Shown here piece by piece: positions 11,977-32,031 of a DNA stretch of 64,000 bases. This stretch comes from Amoebidium appalachense (taxonomy: Eukaryota > Protista > Ichthyosporea), in the NCBI GenBank assembly GCA_963693365.1, contig CAVNZM010000001.1, positions 15,672,418-15,736,417 of the forward strand, given 5' to 3'. A model generated the notes under the pieces. That model worked only from the letters and a program-made list of their open reading frames with translations, was not told the origin of the DNA and ran no database searches. Made by a program: the position numbers and the translations under genes. Numbering within the stretch: position 1 is the first letter of the stretch; every line of letters begins with the position of its first letter.

Positions 11977-14900
11977 TTTTTTTTTCCCTCGCTGTTTTCT
12001 TTTTTTTTTTTTTTTTTTTTTTTTGTTCTCTTGCACGCTCACGGAAAAGTAGGAACATTTAGTATGAGAAAGTTTGGGATATCGAATGACAAGAGACCAC
12101 TGTGTTTTTGGTCTTTCTTTTTCGGTTTGTTGCTAAACCTTCGATGGTTGATTTCGCACCTGTTCTTTCCCCTTTTTGTTTTGGCCAAATAAACTGGCAT
12201 GCTTATCATCACGCCGGTGCTTATATACCTTCCATATCCTCCCCCGCTATCACCATCAGCTGGCACGTGTACTACTGTTCGCAGGAGTACAGGTTGCGGG
12301 CACGCGTGTTCTGGGAAAGTAAACAAACGGAGGCAGTCTCTCTAAACCTCTTCCCCTAAAGCTCTAAGGGGGCTTTTCTCATTTTCAAATTTCTAAAACT
12401 ACTACGGGAGTCGGAGTCTCTGAGCCAGTGAGTCTGTTACATACCTGTAGCTTACGTTTTACTTTTAAAATAGAAGAATTTCTGCTTTTATATAGAACAT
12501 AGCACCATGATTCTTTTATATGAATACTGGATAATTCGGATTCTGAAACTCATTCTGCAATTTCATCACATGCCACCCCCGAGCTGGTACCGTGCGAAGA
12601 TCTATGGCTCATGAGCCGCGGAATTCTGATCAGTTCACATGTTTGATTGGCCAGATCATGGATTTCGCGGGAAGCAGTGGGAAACTGATGGTTTATTAAA
12701 ATTTCAACACTCCGACCCTTTGCCCTCCCTTTGTAGGTCGAGCTCACTCTAGGTGTGCAAAGAGTATTCTAGATGCTCCTTTCATGAGCACCTGATGTGG
12801 ATACGTGGGGCACAATGGTCAACACGAATCCTTCCCCCAGCTCCCCCGCAGCTCTCCCCCGCCCCCCGCCTCCCCCGCCTTGCCAGCCCCATGGCCCTCC
12901 CACGCCTCCGCTGCCTCCCCCGCCCAATCATGTCCCCCCTCCCCCCCCACCCTACCCCCCCCCCCCCACTCCCCCCTAACCTCCCCTACCCTCCCCTCTT
13001 CCTCCCTCCGTAAGCCGTGTGCCACACGGGGTGTGATACACAGGACAGCAATATATTTGCACATACACAAGCACACTTCAATACAAAGGTGGTCCGAAAT
13101 ACCGTCGAGATCTAGCAAGGCTGTAAACTATTGTTGGCAGATGGGCAGAGAAAGAGGTCTGGGTGTGTGCGTCCATGCATGTGGGTGAGGGCTGGGAGGA
13201 AGGAGGGTAGGGGGAGAGCCCGAGAGCACGGTACTTTTCGGTTCAATCGGATGCACGGGTTTTCTTTCTATCATGGATTTCGAATTCGATCGGAGGGAAT
13301 CATTTGTGAAAAGGGCTGGGTGCGGTCCGCCAGACTGGCCGGCCCGAGGGAAGGGTGGGTGGAAGTTTGGAGGGCAGCACCCAGAAGGGAAGGGAGAGAG
13401 GAGGGAGGAGGGGGGGGGGGGGGTCCGAGGGGGCACCTTTTATCATCAAAACCCTAGCTAGTGGTGGTTCGGATCTCCCCCTCCCCCCCCCCCCCCCCCC
13501 CCCCCCCCCCCGCCACGCGTCCCCCCCTCTGCCAGCCTGCCTGGCCCCCACCTGACCCCGCCCCCACCCCTCACCCCCATGAACACCACAACATGGCACA
13601 CCCTCCCCCTCCCGCAGGACACACCAACCGCCCAACCAGGTGCTTCCTCCCATTACTCTTACCCCCTCCCCCCTCCCCTCCCCCCTCCTCCCCCCCCCCC
13701 CCCCCCCGGTCCCCTCTCTTCAACGCCCAGCAGACCATAGGGGTTGTGGCCACTCCTCCCTCTTCGGAGATTTCCCATCCTCTCCCATCCCCTACCCCCA
13801 CACCCATACTCAGCTTCATTCTGCCCCCCTCCCCTCTCCCCGGCACTCTCTTCGGCCCGCAGCTCTCTCCCGAGCAACTCACAAAGCTCTCGGCCCCTTC
13901 CCTCCAACCAACAACAATGGCAGCTTCTCATCTTGCTCACCCTTTGCGTGTGTATGTATGTTTTGCAGGGCATGACATGTGCTGTGCTAGCGTGTCTACA
14001 CATAATAATAGTGTGTGTTTGTGTGTGCGTGTGTGCCTGTGTGCGTGCGTGCGCGTGCGTGTGTGCTTGGCACTGCATGTATGTGTGTGCATGCCTTTGT
14101 GTGTGTCTCTGCATGCTCATTTGTGTGTGCGTGTGCGCAGTTTATGTGTGCATGTGCGCCTGCACTTCTATGTGATTGCATACCTCCGTTGGTGTATACA
14201 TATGATATATATCTGCAGGAGCATTGTCTGCATTGTGTTGTTTGGGCGAATGTCGTGGTTGACGTGTGCAAATATTGTATACGCATGTTTTTCTCAGTGT
14301 ACATGTGTGTGTGTGGAGAATTCTGAGTATGTGTGTGTGCGTCTGTGTGTGCAGTCTCTGTATCTCTCTCTCTCTCTGTGTGTGTTTATGTGTGTCGCTG
14401 TTTGCAAGTGTGTACTTGTGTGTGCGTGGGCATATGTGTGCGTGTACACGTGTGTGTGCGTGTGTGTCAGTATGCGTGTGTGCATGTGTTTGCGTGCCGC
14501 ACGGTGCCACGTGCGCGTGCGTGTGTCGAGAAGTGCGTGCGCGCGTGTGTGCGTGCGTGTTTGCCTGCGTGTGTGTGTCTGTGCGTCTGTGTGTGAGTGT
14601 ATAGGTCTGTGTGTGTGTCTGTCTGTGCGTGTGTGCACGTGCACGTGCGTGTGCATGTGTGTGCATGTTTTTTTATATATGATTCATCAGGCCATAGGTA
14701 CGGTGTGCACATGTGTTCAAGTTGCGAATGTTTCTGTGGTGTGCTAATTAGTTAGTGTTTGCATGTCTCTGCCTGGGGCACGCACACACGTGTTTGCGGC
14801 GTGCGTGTGTATGCATGCGCATGTGCCACAATGTGACAATGGAAAATGATGGGACTGATATACAGACTGGACTTGACTTTCGTGCATACGTTCGTAATTA

Positions 14901-15685
14901 CATGCCCGCAATTCCCATGCCACCCTGATCACAATGCCATTGTTACCCTTGCATCAGTAACTTTACTGGTAGCAATTTCTCTTTGCTGTAAGCCTCGGCC
15001 TATGTGTCTTGCTGCTAGGGTAGCTGTACATGCATGTTGGTAAGTAGTTCCATCGTGCGGCACAGTTGGCAATCACCACAACGAAGCCTCGCACCAGGTG
15101 CACGTGATAAAATGCTCACCGGTGCGCACCGCTGCGGCATTCAACTTGACTCAAGAATCTCTTAGATCCAATACAATAGACATTTCTGATTGGATAGATA
15201 CTCGCGGGCAATATTACAGAATCAGCCACTGGCCCACTCACTCTCGACGAATCGGTGCGTACATCGCGGGTGCCAAAGTATAAAATCCGACGAGGCAGAT
15301 GCACAGTTTCAGACGACGTCGTTTCGGAATCGGACTTGCTTTGGCAAGTTCACACAACTACTTTTACAGAAACTATACAGCGCAACCTACTAATATAACT
15401 TACACCTTAATATAGTACTTACATGTCCAGTATTACAGAGTTTAATAGTGGTCTGCCACTCTATTGTACCCAAATCCAGTTCGTTCCCAATCATTTACAT
15501 GCGTGCTGTTGTACAGCTGAAAAACACGAAGAAACACAAGCCAAGTAGCGAGAACCCTCAAAACAGAGCACATGCATGTTCAGCCTCTAGCTAAGTTGTA
15601 GGTCACTGTGCACAAGGATGGGACCAGTTTGACCAGCACAAAATAAGAGTTGAATGCACACAATAATAACCATAGCTTAGGAAAA

Positions 15686-15848
15686 GTAAATTTGAGCAGC
15701 CGTCTCTCGAGAGCTCCTTCAATTTGCAAGGAAGTTCATGTTACTTCACTACCACTACTACTATTTGCGTAAATTTGAGCAGCCGTCTCTCGAGAGCTCC
15801 TTCAATTTGCAAGGAAGTTCATGTTACTTCACTACCACTACTACTATT
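15686..15848 (+). repeat. Tandem direct duplication of an ~83-bp unit just upstream of GPCR A
   Basis: gtaaatttgagcagccgtctctcgagagctccttcaatttgcaaggaagttcatgttacttcactaccactactactatt occurs twice in succession. Confidence 0.9.
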
Positions 15849-15898
15849 GCCATTGCCGCCCCTAGCTAATTGGGCAGACTAGCAACTTTAACGCTGAC

Positions 15899-16956
15899 AT
15901 GCATCTGAGCAGCTTTACGTGTCTGGGTGTTCTCGTGACACCCTTTATAAGCTTTCCACTCACAGTAGAAAGTGCACAAGCAACATGGAAAACACACGCA
16001 CAAGAACTGTGCAAAACATACAAAACATGTTGCCGCGATGGACAGACGGTTTTACGGGTCACTGCAGATGATGTTGAGGTCTGGGATGTGGAGGATGCGC
16101 CTACGGCCAGGGAGTTTGTGGTGAGGCAAATACAAAAGGATGGGGGGTTTGAAAATGTGGCGCGCAGCGACAGGATAATCATGTGGCAACCGTACTTGGG
16201 CAGGAGGGAAAGTAAGTCGGTTGCGGAAAAAATGCCTCTCTGTTCATGCCAATCATCCTTATCGCCGGTCTTCCCTTTATTTCATATCTTTGTTTGTGGC
16301 TACCAAAGTTTTCAAACAGTATTCTTTATCCTCCTTATGGGGCGCCCATAATCGTCCTTATTGCTAGAAGTTCTGTTAGTAGGGTGCATGTGTAGTATGG
16401 TGTGTTGCCCCAGGTGCGTGCATAACTCCTTGTTTGTCTGTTTCAACCGTGTGTGTACTTCCTTCCCCCTGACAACCATCACGTATTCCCCACACACGAC
16501 CTGCTTCATGGCCCCCCATCACTTAGCGAGCCCAACCCCTGCACATGCATGCCCCCTCTCACCTCTGCCCAAAAACCATATAATATGTATATTTGCTATG
16601 TTTTGTACCTTTCATCTGAGTACAATCATGTTTGCCCGTTTCTTCTGCCGCACTAGCACGTACCTGTGTGTTAGCACAACCCGTTGACTTGCCCAGACAT
16701 TTGAAAAAGCTGCGGGATTTTTTTCTCTTTCCCCCCTCCTTCCTCGCTCCTCCCCCCTCCCCCTCCTTCCTCTCTCCTCCTCCCCTCCCCCCCTCCCCCC
16801 CTCCCCCCCCCCACCCCCCCCCCCCCCCAAAAAAAAAACCTTTCGTCCGAGTTCTAAGCTTTACGTGGTGAATTTTTTCTTTCCCCCCCCCCCTCTCCCC
16901 CTCCCCCCCCCCTCCGACCCCTCTCTTTTTTCCCCCCCCCTGAAAAAAAAAAGCGG

Positions 16957-17010
<54 letters not shown>

Positions 17011-17658
17011 AAATTCGTCCAAGTTCCAACTTGAAGGAGTACTGCCAAAGAGTTTTCACTGGGACAAAATAATGTATACATATAACTAAGCTGTAATACA
17101 CCCAATGCAGAGCCCTCCCCCATTCAGCGGCAAATCGTAATGGCCATGCAAGAGGTGGCCTGCCAGCGAATCACAGCCGGTCTCCCCTTTGAAGGTCACG
17201 TGATCAACCTTCTAATCAATGAGATTACAAATCCCGACAACATAAATCTCCCAAACGACAAATTTCCCGATTTGACCATCTTCCGTGAGGATTCCGTGCT
17301 CCCACATATGAACCTTGGACTGGGATCGGATCTCACGCAGTTTATGATCGAAGATTTGGCTCGAGGAAAGGATGTGTCCTATGACGTACCCGTAAACTTC
17401 CTAACCTCCCTACGGAATTCCGATGGTCACTGGGTTGCGCTACCTTTTCTGTCCAATTACCGTGAATTGTTGTTCAATTCTACCACATTTACAAAATTGG
17501 ACATTCCTTTTCCGCCGCCGTTCAATATGAGCGCATCTGATTGGACGTGGAAATCCTTTGTGAAGATTGCTACTAAGATCACCCAAAGCATGCCGGTAAG
17601 TGTTCTTATATTTAATGATAGGATATGAAGCGTGTTTTCGCACATTGCACGCAAGCAG

Positions 17659-17727
<69 letters not shown>

Positions 17728-18105
17728 ACACGTACACACGCACACACACACACCCAATTACACATCACTTTCAGGATCGCAGGATACCTACACCACACAC
17801 GAGCAGGTCTTCGTTGTTTATTCCTTAAGCCCATTCCGTGTAATATTGGAACAAATTTGCACCAGTGCAATTGTTTTGTCCCCTAATACTGCCACCCCCC
17901 CCCCCCCTCCCCCCTCCCCCCTCCCCCCCGCCTCCCCTCCTCCTCCCCCCCCCCCCCCCCCCGGCCCCGCCCGCCGCCCCCCCGGTCGCCCGCCCATTCA
18001 CCACCCATCCCTCTGTCCTCCCCTCTCCAAACACACACGATACCGATATGACAAACACGTACTCGCACACACATGCACACACACGCGCGCGCACGCACAC
18101 ACACG

Positions 18106-18139
<34 letters not shown>

Positions 18140-18655
18140 AACACACAGAAACAGTACGGGTTCACGTTCTTCCCAGAGTGGCAGGGAGAGATGGAACTTG
18201 TATCTCTTATCGGAAGAGCGTTCGGTGCACTCCCCACCAGCCCGCGCAAAGACGCACCCACCCTATACAACTGCAATCTCGGGAGCGAGAAATACGTGCG
18301 CGCTCTCAAGGAAATTATGATACCCCTCTTTTCCAACGCCACCAACCCAACCTTCTTCCCACCAAACGACCCAAATATGGCCGCATGGGAAGCCGCGTAT
18401 CCGGTCATCGATCCATGGACCCCCCCTTTTGCACATTATTTCGACCCTGAAGTTCCAGTTGTAGGTATGTCGCTAACTACAGATGAGCCGTTAAATATGA
18501 CTAAGCATCCGGAATTGCTGTATGCCACCCTCCCTGGGGGGGTCAGTTTCGGCAGCGGCACCGGCGTGAGCGTGACGTCACGCGCACAAAATGGGTATGT
18601 GGATTCCGATTGGCTAGTATGGCTCATTACTTTACCTCCCCCCCCCCTTCTCCCT

Positions 18656-18686
<31 letters not shown>

Positions 18687-18687
18687 C

Positions 18688-18718
<31 letters not shown>

Positions 18719-20273
18719 AATAAAAATCACCACCACCACCACAACTTCTCCGTTAAGTTCAGTTTTGGTTCCCGAGCCGATAGTTATCGCAGGCTCCCGC
18801 TTCCCACCAGCCCCTCCAAAACGAAAAAAAGGAGGGGAAAAACTCAAAAGAGTGCGTGGGTTGGGGGGGGGGGGGGGGTGAGGGGGTTGTGTGTGTGGGG
18901 GGGGGGGGGGGGGGATGGGGGAGGAAGGAGGGAGGATTTTGTGGCATCTATTCATTTGAACTGTTGTGTGAAATGTGTAAGCCCCGTTGTATAAATCTAA
19001 TATGAGCTACCGATTTGCTCTCCACATACACAAATTCTTTTACCAAACTCCTTTCCCCCAATCCCCTAGCCTTATCGTTACTTCCTTTTTCGTCCTCCAC
19101 CTCTCCCGCTCGAACCCCCTTCCTTCCCTCCCCCCCCCCCCCCCCCCCCCCCAAACACATGCACACACACACATACACACCACCCTTCAGCAACAGCCAT
19201 CCAAAAGCTCGGTTCTCTCTTTTTAATCTTTTCTTTCCTTAAAAGAACCGAAAAAGGAAGGGAGGAAGTTAAACTTACTCACTCATCCACCCCCACACAG
19301 CACACTTGCATGGACCCTAGTGCGCCTACTGACCAATCCGAATGAGAGCTACGTTAAGCAAGCCAATCAGGACATGGAACTGCTGCCCCCGTACCGCAGC
19401 ACGTGGCGCCTAAAGCCCTTTTCTGATTGGACGAGCAGCATGGCCGTGTACGAGAACGTCCTTCCTTTAACACACCCACATCCTGTTCCTCGCGAGATGG
19501 ATTCCATGTTGCGTGTGAAACCCTTTCGCACTTTAATCCATTTGATTCGCCGTGGTACGCCTCCCGTTAAAGCAGCGGAAATAGCTTGTTCGGTAATCAG
19601 CAGGCAACTCCTACCGGAATGCACTGCGGAATTCGTTGCTCCAAATTTAGAGAATCCGTGCGATCCGGTGACCAATCAGAAAACAGTCACATTTAGTTGG
19701 AGCGAGTGGGCGCCGTGCCGCAACACCAGCGCTTTACCCTCCTCTGTGAAGATCACGTGTGACCACTGGGGTAGCCAATCGGAAATCGGAATTCTTCTGC
19801 ACGTGCTCGGTGCAGTTGGGCTCATTTTGGCTTTGTTGCTTTCGATTGGGCTGTGGTGGTTCCGGAATGAGAAGGCGGTAAAAAGTGCGAGCCACTTCTA
19901 TACCCAACGTAAGTGCACTCTGTCCACGAACGTAGGAACGACTCCGCCTTAGTGTAGGTGAAATGTTGAACAGGGTTTGAAGGGGAAAGGAGTGGAAAAG
20001 GAAGTCAAGTGTATGTGTATTAAGGGAGAACGGATAATTGGGCAGAAGGTGTGTGCCCAGGGGGTGGGGGAGGGGGGGGGGGGGGGGAGGGGAGAGGGAG
20101 AGGGACGGGGGATGGGAAGCAGAGGGGGGGACGGGGGAAGGGGAGGAGGAAGGGTGGCCGGGGGAGGGGGGGGAGGGGGGGGGGGAGATGGAAGGAAAAG
20201 GAAGAAGGAGAAGGGAAAGGGGGAGGCAAGGATGTTGGTGTGTGTGTACATGTTTGGTTTTATGTGTGTGTGT

Positions 20274-20314
<41 letters not shown>

Positions 20315-21850
20315 GGGTCGTAGTTGAGGGGTAAGGGTTGGGTGCCTCAATGTGTAGGTGGGCTCACAGCATTTACTTTAAGGGCGTGCAGTGTGTTTGT
20401 GTAGAGGTAGAGTAGGAGTGATATAGAGAGGAGGAGAGGGGGGAGGGAGAAGGGGTTCGGAGTTATACTGTAACTTCGGCATCCCTTGCCGAGTTGTCCA
20501 TTTACACCCCCCCACCCCCCCCCCCCCCCCCCCCCCAGTGATTCTGCTAGGCGGGGCCATGACACAGGCAGGGGTGGCGCTGCTGCCGGGGACGCCGGCC
20601 GGGTGGCGTACGGAGGCACAGACGTGGCTGGTGCTGATGGGCGACACGGTGGTGTTTGCCGCCATCATCGTCAAGCTGTACCGCATAGAAAGTAAGGGCC
20701 CAATCACATGCATTCGTTAAATTTCAATGTACGGTGATGTTTGCCGCCATCATCGTCAAGCTGTACCGCATAGAAAGTAAGCGTCCAATCACAATTAAAT
20801 GTTAAGTTTTCATGTGCTGTAGTTAAATGGTACAGTGGTGTTTGCCGCCATCATCGTCAAGCTGTACCGCATAGAAAGGAAGTGCCCAATCACAATTAAA
20901 TGTTAAATTTTAATGTGGCGCAATTAAACGGTACGGTGGTGCCTGCCGCTATCATCGTCAAGCTGTATCACATAGAAAGTGCATGGCCAATCACATGCAA
21001 GTATTAAATCTGCCCCTCTTTTTAAACTCCACTAACCCACCAAACGCAGAAATCTTCAACCACGGCCGAGCCGAACGTGTTCGCCTCACCGACCAACACC
21101 TCCTATTTCCTTTTATGGGTCTACTTGCTGGACAGGCAGCACTTCTGCTTGCTTTAACATTTGCCACACCTGTCGTCACCACCTCTAAGAACGTGACCGA
21201 TGTGTTTGACTTTAACGGTGTCCCCCACTACCTCAACGACATTCCTATTCCGGCAGTTGCGCAAAACAGCCGCGCGGTTTTCTTCCTGTCGCTTTGCTAC
21301 ACAACTGTTTTGGCGTTGGTGGCGGCTGTGATGGCGTGGAGGTTGAGACACGTACCTACGCACTTTAAGGAGGTAAGAGGTTCTGAGGAATATTTCCTAT
21401 GGTAACTTAAAGATAAACATGCATATCCGAGGTAAAATGAATGGATCCTGCCATGCCCAACACATAGTCCTCCTCCCTTCCTCCCCCTCCCCTCCACTTC
21501 CACCCCTTGGCCCCCCTCTCCCCCCAAACCCCAATCCTCTCCTTGATTGGTCTTCATCAGTCTACCATATAGCTCCTCCTTACTCGGTTGACCCACATAC
21601 ACTGGGGCAATCCACCTCCCCCCCCTCCCCCACACGTTCCCGATTCTGCTCCCTTCCCCTCATCCCCGTTCGTTCCTCCCCCTTCCCCCCCCCCTCCCCC
21701 CTCCCTCCCCCACACACACACCACCCTACACACGCACGCACATACAGATGAGCACACACACACACGCACAAGCACACACACGCACGCACATACAGACGAG
21801 CACACACACACACGCACAAGCACACTCACGCACAAGCACACACGCGCGCA

Positions 21851-21948
<98 letters not shown>

Positions 21949-23069
21949 CAAACTCATAGCCGCCGCAACCTTCCAAATGGTGGGCATGGTTGCCATCCTG
22001 GTTCCCCTAGAGCTCACAGTAGACACCCAGGCCACAAAGGACCTCGTCTTTGGCGTCACCTGGTGGTGGGTACCTCCCGCCCACACCCCCCCTTCCCCCC
22101 GGTGCATTCCATTCTCATTTCACGTGATTCTATTGGTGCACGTGTCGAGTTCAAGACTTCAGTAAACATTACTAGTTCGGTATCCTACATTGTTTCAAAG
22201 ACGTGGTTGGTGTTTCCGCTTTGTGGCCGCAGACCTCGTATTACAATCCTCTAAATGCGGCTTGAAATTCAGCTTTTCAAACAATTCTCATCGTTGGTTA
22301 GGGAATCCGGGATGATGTTCCTCATTCCGACAATACCCCGTCCCCCCCCCCCCCCCCCACACACACCCTTCCTCCCCCTCCCCCCCCCCCCAACCCCCTC
22401 CCTTTTCCCTCCTCCCCCTGTCCTCCCTCCCTCCCCCCCCCCCCCCCCTCGCCCCCCTCCCCTCCTCTCCCCCTGCCATCCCTTGAACTCTCCCCCCCTC
22501 CCCCCCCCCCCCCCCCCCGTCCTCCCCTCCCCTCCTGCCTCCCTTCCTCCCCCCTCCCCCCCCCCAGGGCATCTGTTGTTCTTCTGCAGGGGCTTGTGGT
22601 GGGGCCCAAGCTGCTGCACGTGGTTCACGTCATCCGCCTGAGCCGCACCAGCAGAAGCAGCGACCCCACCAGATCCAATAACAGAAATAGATCATCCAGC
22701 ACGGAAGATGCTAAAAATAGCTCATTGGGGGCTACGGGCCAGGCCGACCCGAGGGCGGAGAAGGAGGTTGCGTTTTTGTCTCAGAAATTGGCTGATGCTA
22801 TGGAGATGAATATTCGGCTGGCAAACATTCATAATGCGCTGATCAGCCAATCAGCGACGTTGGTACGAGCGCAAACGCAACCACGAGCGGATTTGAAATC
22901 GCAGACACAGGTGCAATCGGGCGCGGCCAGTCGTCCCAGCCAATCGGATGTGAGACCTCAGCGCGAAATTATACCTATGTCGGTGTTGGGGCAGGCACGG
23001 GCCAGTGGGCTGAATGAGTCATCGGCTGGGCTGATGGGAAGTGATATCAATCTGCTGTGTGGGCATTAA
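15899..23069 (+). CDS. Class C (GABA-B-like, 7tm_3) GPCR with an extracellular solute-binding-protein ectodomain, paralog A (~982 aa, 8 exons)
   Basis: Exons 15899-16211, 17111-17595, 18149-18594, 19301-19908, 20539-20691, 21050-21372, 21947-22065 and 22568-23069 are all GT-AG with consistent phases, totalling 2949 nt. 7TM class C motifs: AVKSAS, KLYRIEKIFN, RLTDQHLL, AWRLRHVPTHFKETKLIA, GPKL. Ectodomain motifs DLTQF..D, DGHWVALPF..RELLFN..F.KLDIPFPP..WTW...K..T...YGF resemble ABC sugar-binding proteins. Confidence 0.9.
20730..20997 (+). repeat. Three degenerate tandem copies of the exon 5 3' end plus 5' splice site inside intron 5 of GPCR A
   Basis: The unit gtacggtggtgtttgccgccatcatcgtcaagctgtaccgcatagaaagt....ccaatcaca recurs at ~20730, ~20830 and ~20930. 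Confidence 0.9.
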
Positions 23070-23819
23070 AGACCGTGTGTGTGTAGCATAGCGTATGGTA
23101 TTGTGGGTGGCTCCTTTAAGTTTCTCCTGCCTCACTTTTCTCTTAACTTGTTGAATATAGTTGAAAGCTTCAAAGGTTGTGTGATGGTATACTCACGCGC
23201 ATTTATGGCTACTATGCCAATTTATAGGTTGCCTTTTTGTAAGTTTTTCCCTTGGCTTTTGATTTTTTCTATTTTTTTTTTTTTGAATTATCGCATTTAA
23301 ACAGTATGTATGGCTGATATGGCTTTGTATGCCTCTTCTATTTTTTTTTAATGACATGCCATTATTTCGACGTCTGATGAAGGCTCAAGCAGAATCTGAT
23401 AATTTTTAATGAATAAAATATATAAACACTTTAACCGCGGACAATATAGTTTGACCACGTGCATGTACAGCTAGTGCATACATGTAACATCTTTAACCGT
23501 ATAGCCCTTCTGGTGCATCCAAATGAGCTTTCCCCCCCAGGGGTATTTTATCTGTCTTACGCTGCAGCACATGTTTTAAACGAACGGTGTTTGCAGACGT
23601 ATTGTCTACCTACTCATAAAAGTGACAAAGTCAAAAAGATATGTCCGTGTCTGCTAAAACCGAAGGTTATTTTGGCTTTCAGGGTGTGTGTTTGTGTGGT
23701 TTGTGTCTGTGAAGACAGGGGGTTAAAAAGGCTTGAGTTGTAGCTTCCTCTCCCCCCCCCTTCTCCTCCCCCCTCCCCCCTTCCCTCCACACCCCGGCCA
23801 GCCTTGATGTTGGGCCCCG

Positions 23820-23876
<57 letters not shown>

Positions 23877-24490
23877 AGGGGGAGAGAGGGGGGGGAGGGG
23901 GGGGAGAAGGGGATCGATGATTCGGAACTTAAGTGTGTCATGTTTCTTACTCTTTGGGGGCGTTGGGAAGAGGATAAGGGAAAGAGGAGGGTGAGCGAGG
24001 AATGGGGGTGGGGGGATGGAGTGGGGGATGGGGGACAGGGGCGGGGGGATGGGATCGGCGGCCGGGGGGGCAGGGGGGAGGGATGGGGGGGACAGGGGGG
24101 GAGGGGGATTGAATAGAGGTGGGGGGTTGTGTGCCTTGGGGAGAGGGGAGAAGGGGGGGGGTATGGGGGGAAAGAATGGGTGGGGGAGGTGGGGTTTAAG
24201 GGGAATGTATCACTTAAACGGGGGTGGGGTAGCACAGTGCATGATAACACCCATAGTTTCCGAACTGCAAGCTTTGAAAAATCAGAACACCATGGTACGT
24301 GTGTTTACCGACAATCATTCGCTGCATGCAGCTCACATGTGTTACGGGGCCGGCCAAGGCCCGTCATATACTGCACATTGAAGTGTCGTGTACACCCGCC
24401 TACACATACACACAAAGGCGCAACAGTGAATACACTACAAAATACACCACCTACACACAAAGGCGCAACTCATAAAGCATACACAATGCC

Positions 24491-24838
24491 ATGCCGTCCA
24501 CAATAAGAATCCCCGATCGATGTGGTCTCGGGGCATGTTCCTATGCCTTTGGGACGGCTGTTGTCTGATATTTTTCGTGATGGCCCTGGCCGGAGGGGGA
24601 GGGGGAAGACTTCCCCAGGGGGGGGGGGGGGGGGGGGGGGTACAGATGGACCATCATGACTTATTGGTACCATGTGTATTCCCCCCCCCCCCCCCCCCCC
24701 CCCCCCCCCAGGGGAAGTATTCCCCCTCCCCTCGTCCGGCCAGGGCCTTTGCGAAAACTATCAGACAACAGCCGTCCCAAAGGCATAGGAACATACCCGA
24801 CGACCACATCGATCAGGTACTCTTGTTGTGGGCGGTAT
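24491..24838. repeat. ~350-bp imperfect palindrome (fold-back / MITE-like) between the convergent GPCR genes
   Basis: The left arm ...gatcgatgtggtc..catgttcctatgcctttgggacggctgttgtctgata...ggccctggccgga..poly-G is the reverse complement of the right arm poly-C..tccggccagggcc...tatcagacaacagccgtcccaaaggcataggaacat..gaccacatcgatc. Pairing continues to a loop of about 10 nt near 24660. Confidence 0.9.
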
Positions 24839-25518
24839 GACTTATTGGTCAGTTCGCCAATCAAAACATCCCAAATCTAGCCGCGGAGGTTTTTAAAAAC
24901 AAAGAAAAAAGGACTTGACACCTATGCACCATCTAATCCTTGATTTATTGGCCTCGCTATGGGTTTGGAGAAGGGGGGGGCGCAGGAGGAGGGGGGGATC
25001 AGGGAGGGTCGGGAAGAGAAGATTGTTATCTTGCGTGCAGTTGGATATATTGTTGGATATATTGAAATTTTGAGATGAATCCGCGCGTATGTAGACAAAG
25101 CTCAAGTTCTGTGCAGCCTGGCCAGCAGGAATGCACAAGGCGAGAATCGAACGAAAACAGAAATGGTCTTAAATGGTAATGCCTCACGTAAAAAAAATCA
25201 TATACTTAATACATCGGAGAGTTTTTAATGCATTCCAAATTCCAAATTGGATATACAAAAATATATGTCTCGTAGATAACTTTCCAACCTGTGATTTGTG
25301 CAGTCTGGCCAGCAGCAATGCACATCACAAAACGATTCAACAAACAAGATCGAACAAGAAATCGTTTTCAAAAAATAATATGAAAACCCTACTATCAATC
25401 ATAGTTATCTTCCAAAACGTTATCATCCCATTTTTTTCAAGTGTTCGTCATCCCCCCAATATATGATTGTTACCCCGCCTCATAGATCTCTGCTAACGAT
25501 TCAATATTACCCCGCCTT

Positions 25519-32031
<6,513 letters not shown>

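Noticed and set aside
20646-20997. Repeat-spacer-like pattern resembling a CRISPR array
   Set aside because: The context is eukaryotic, the repeats are copies of an exon end, the spacers resemble each other, and no cas genes are present.
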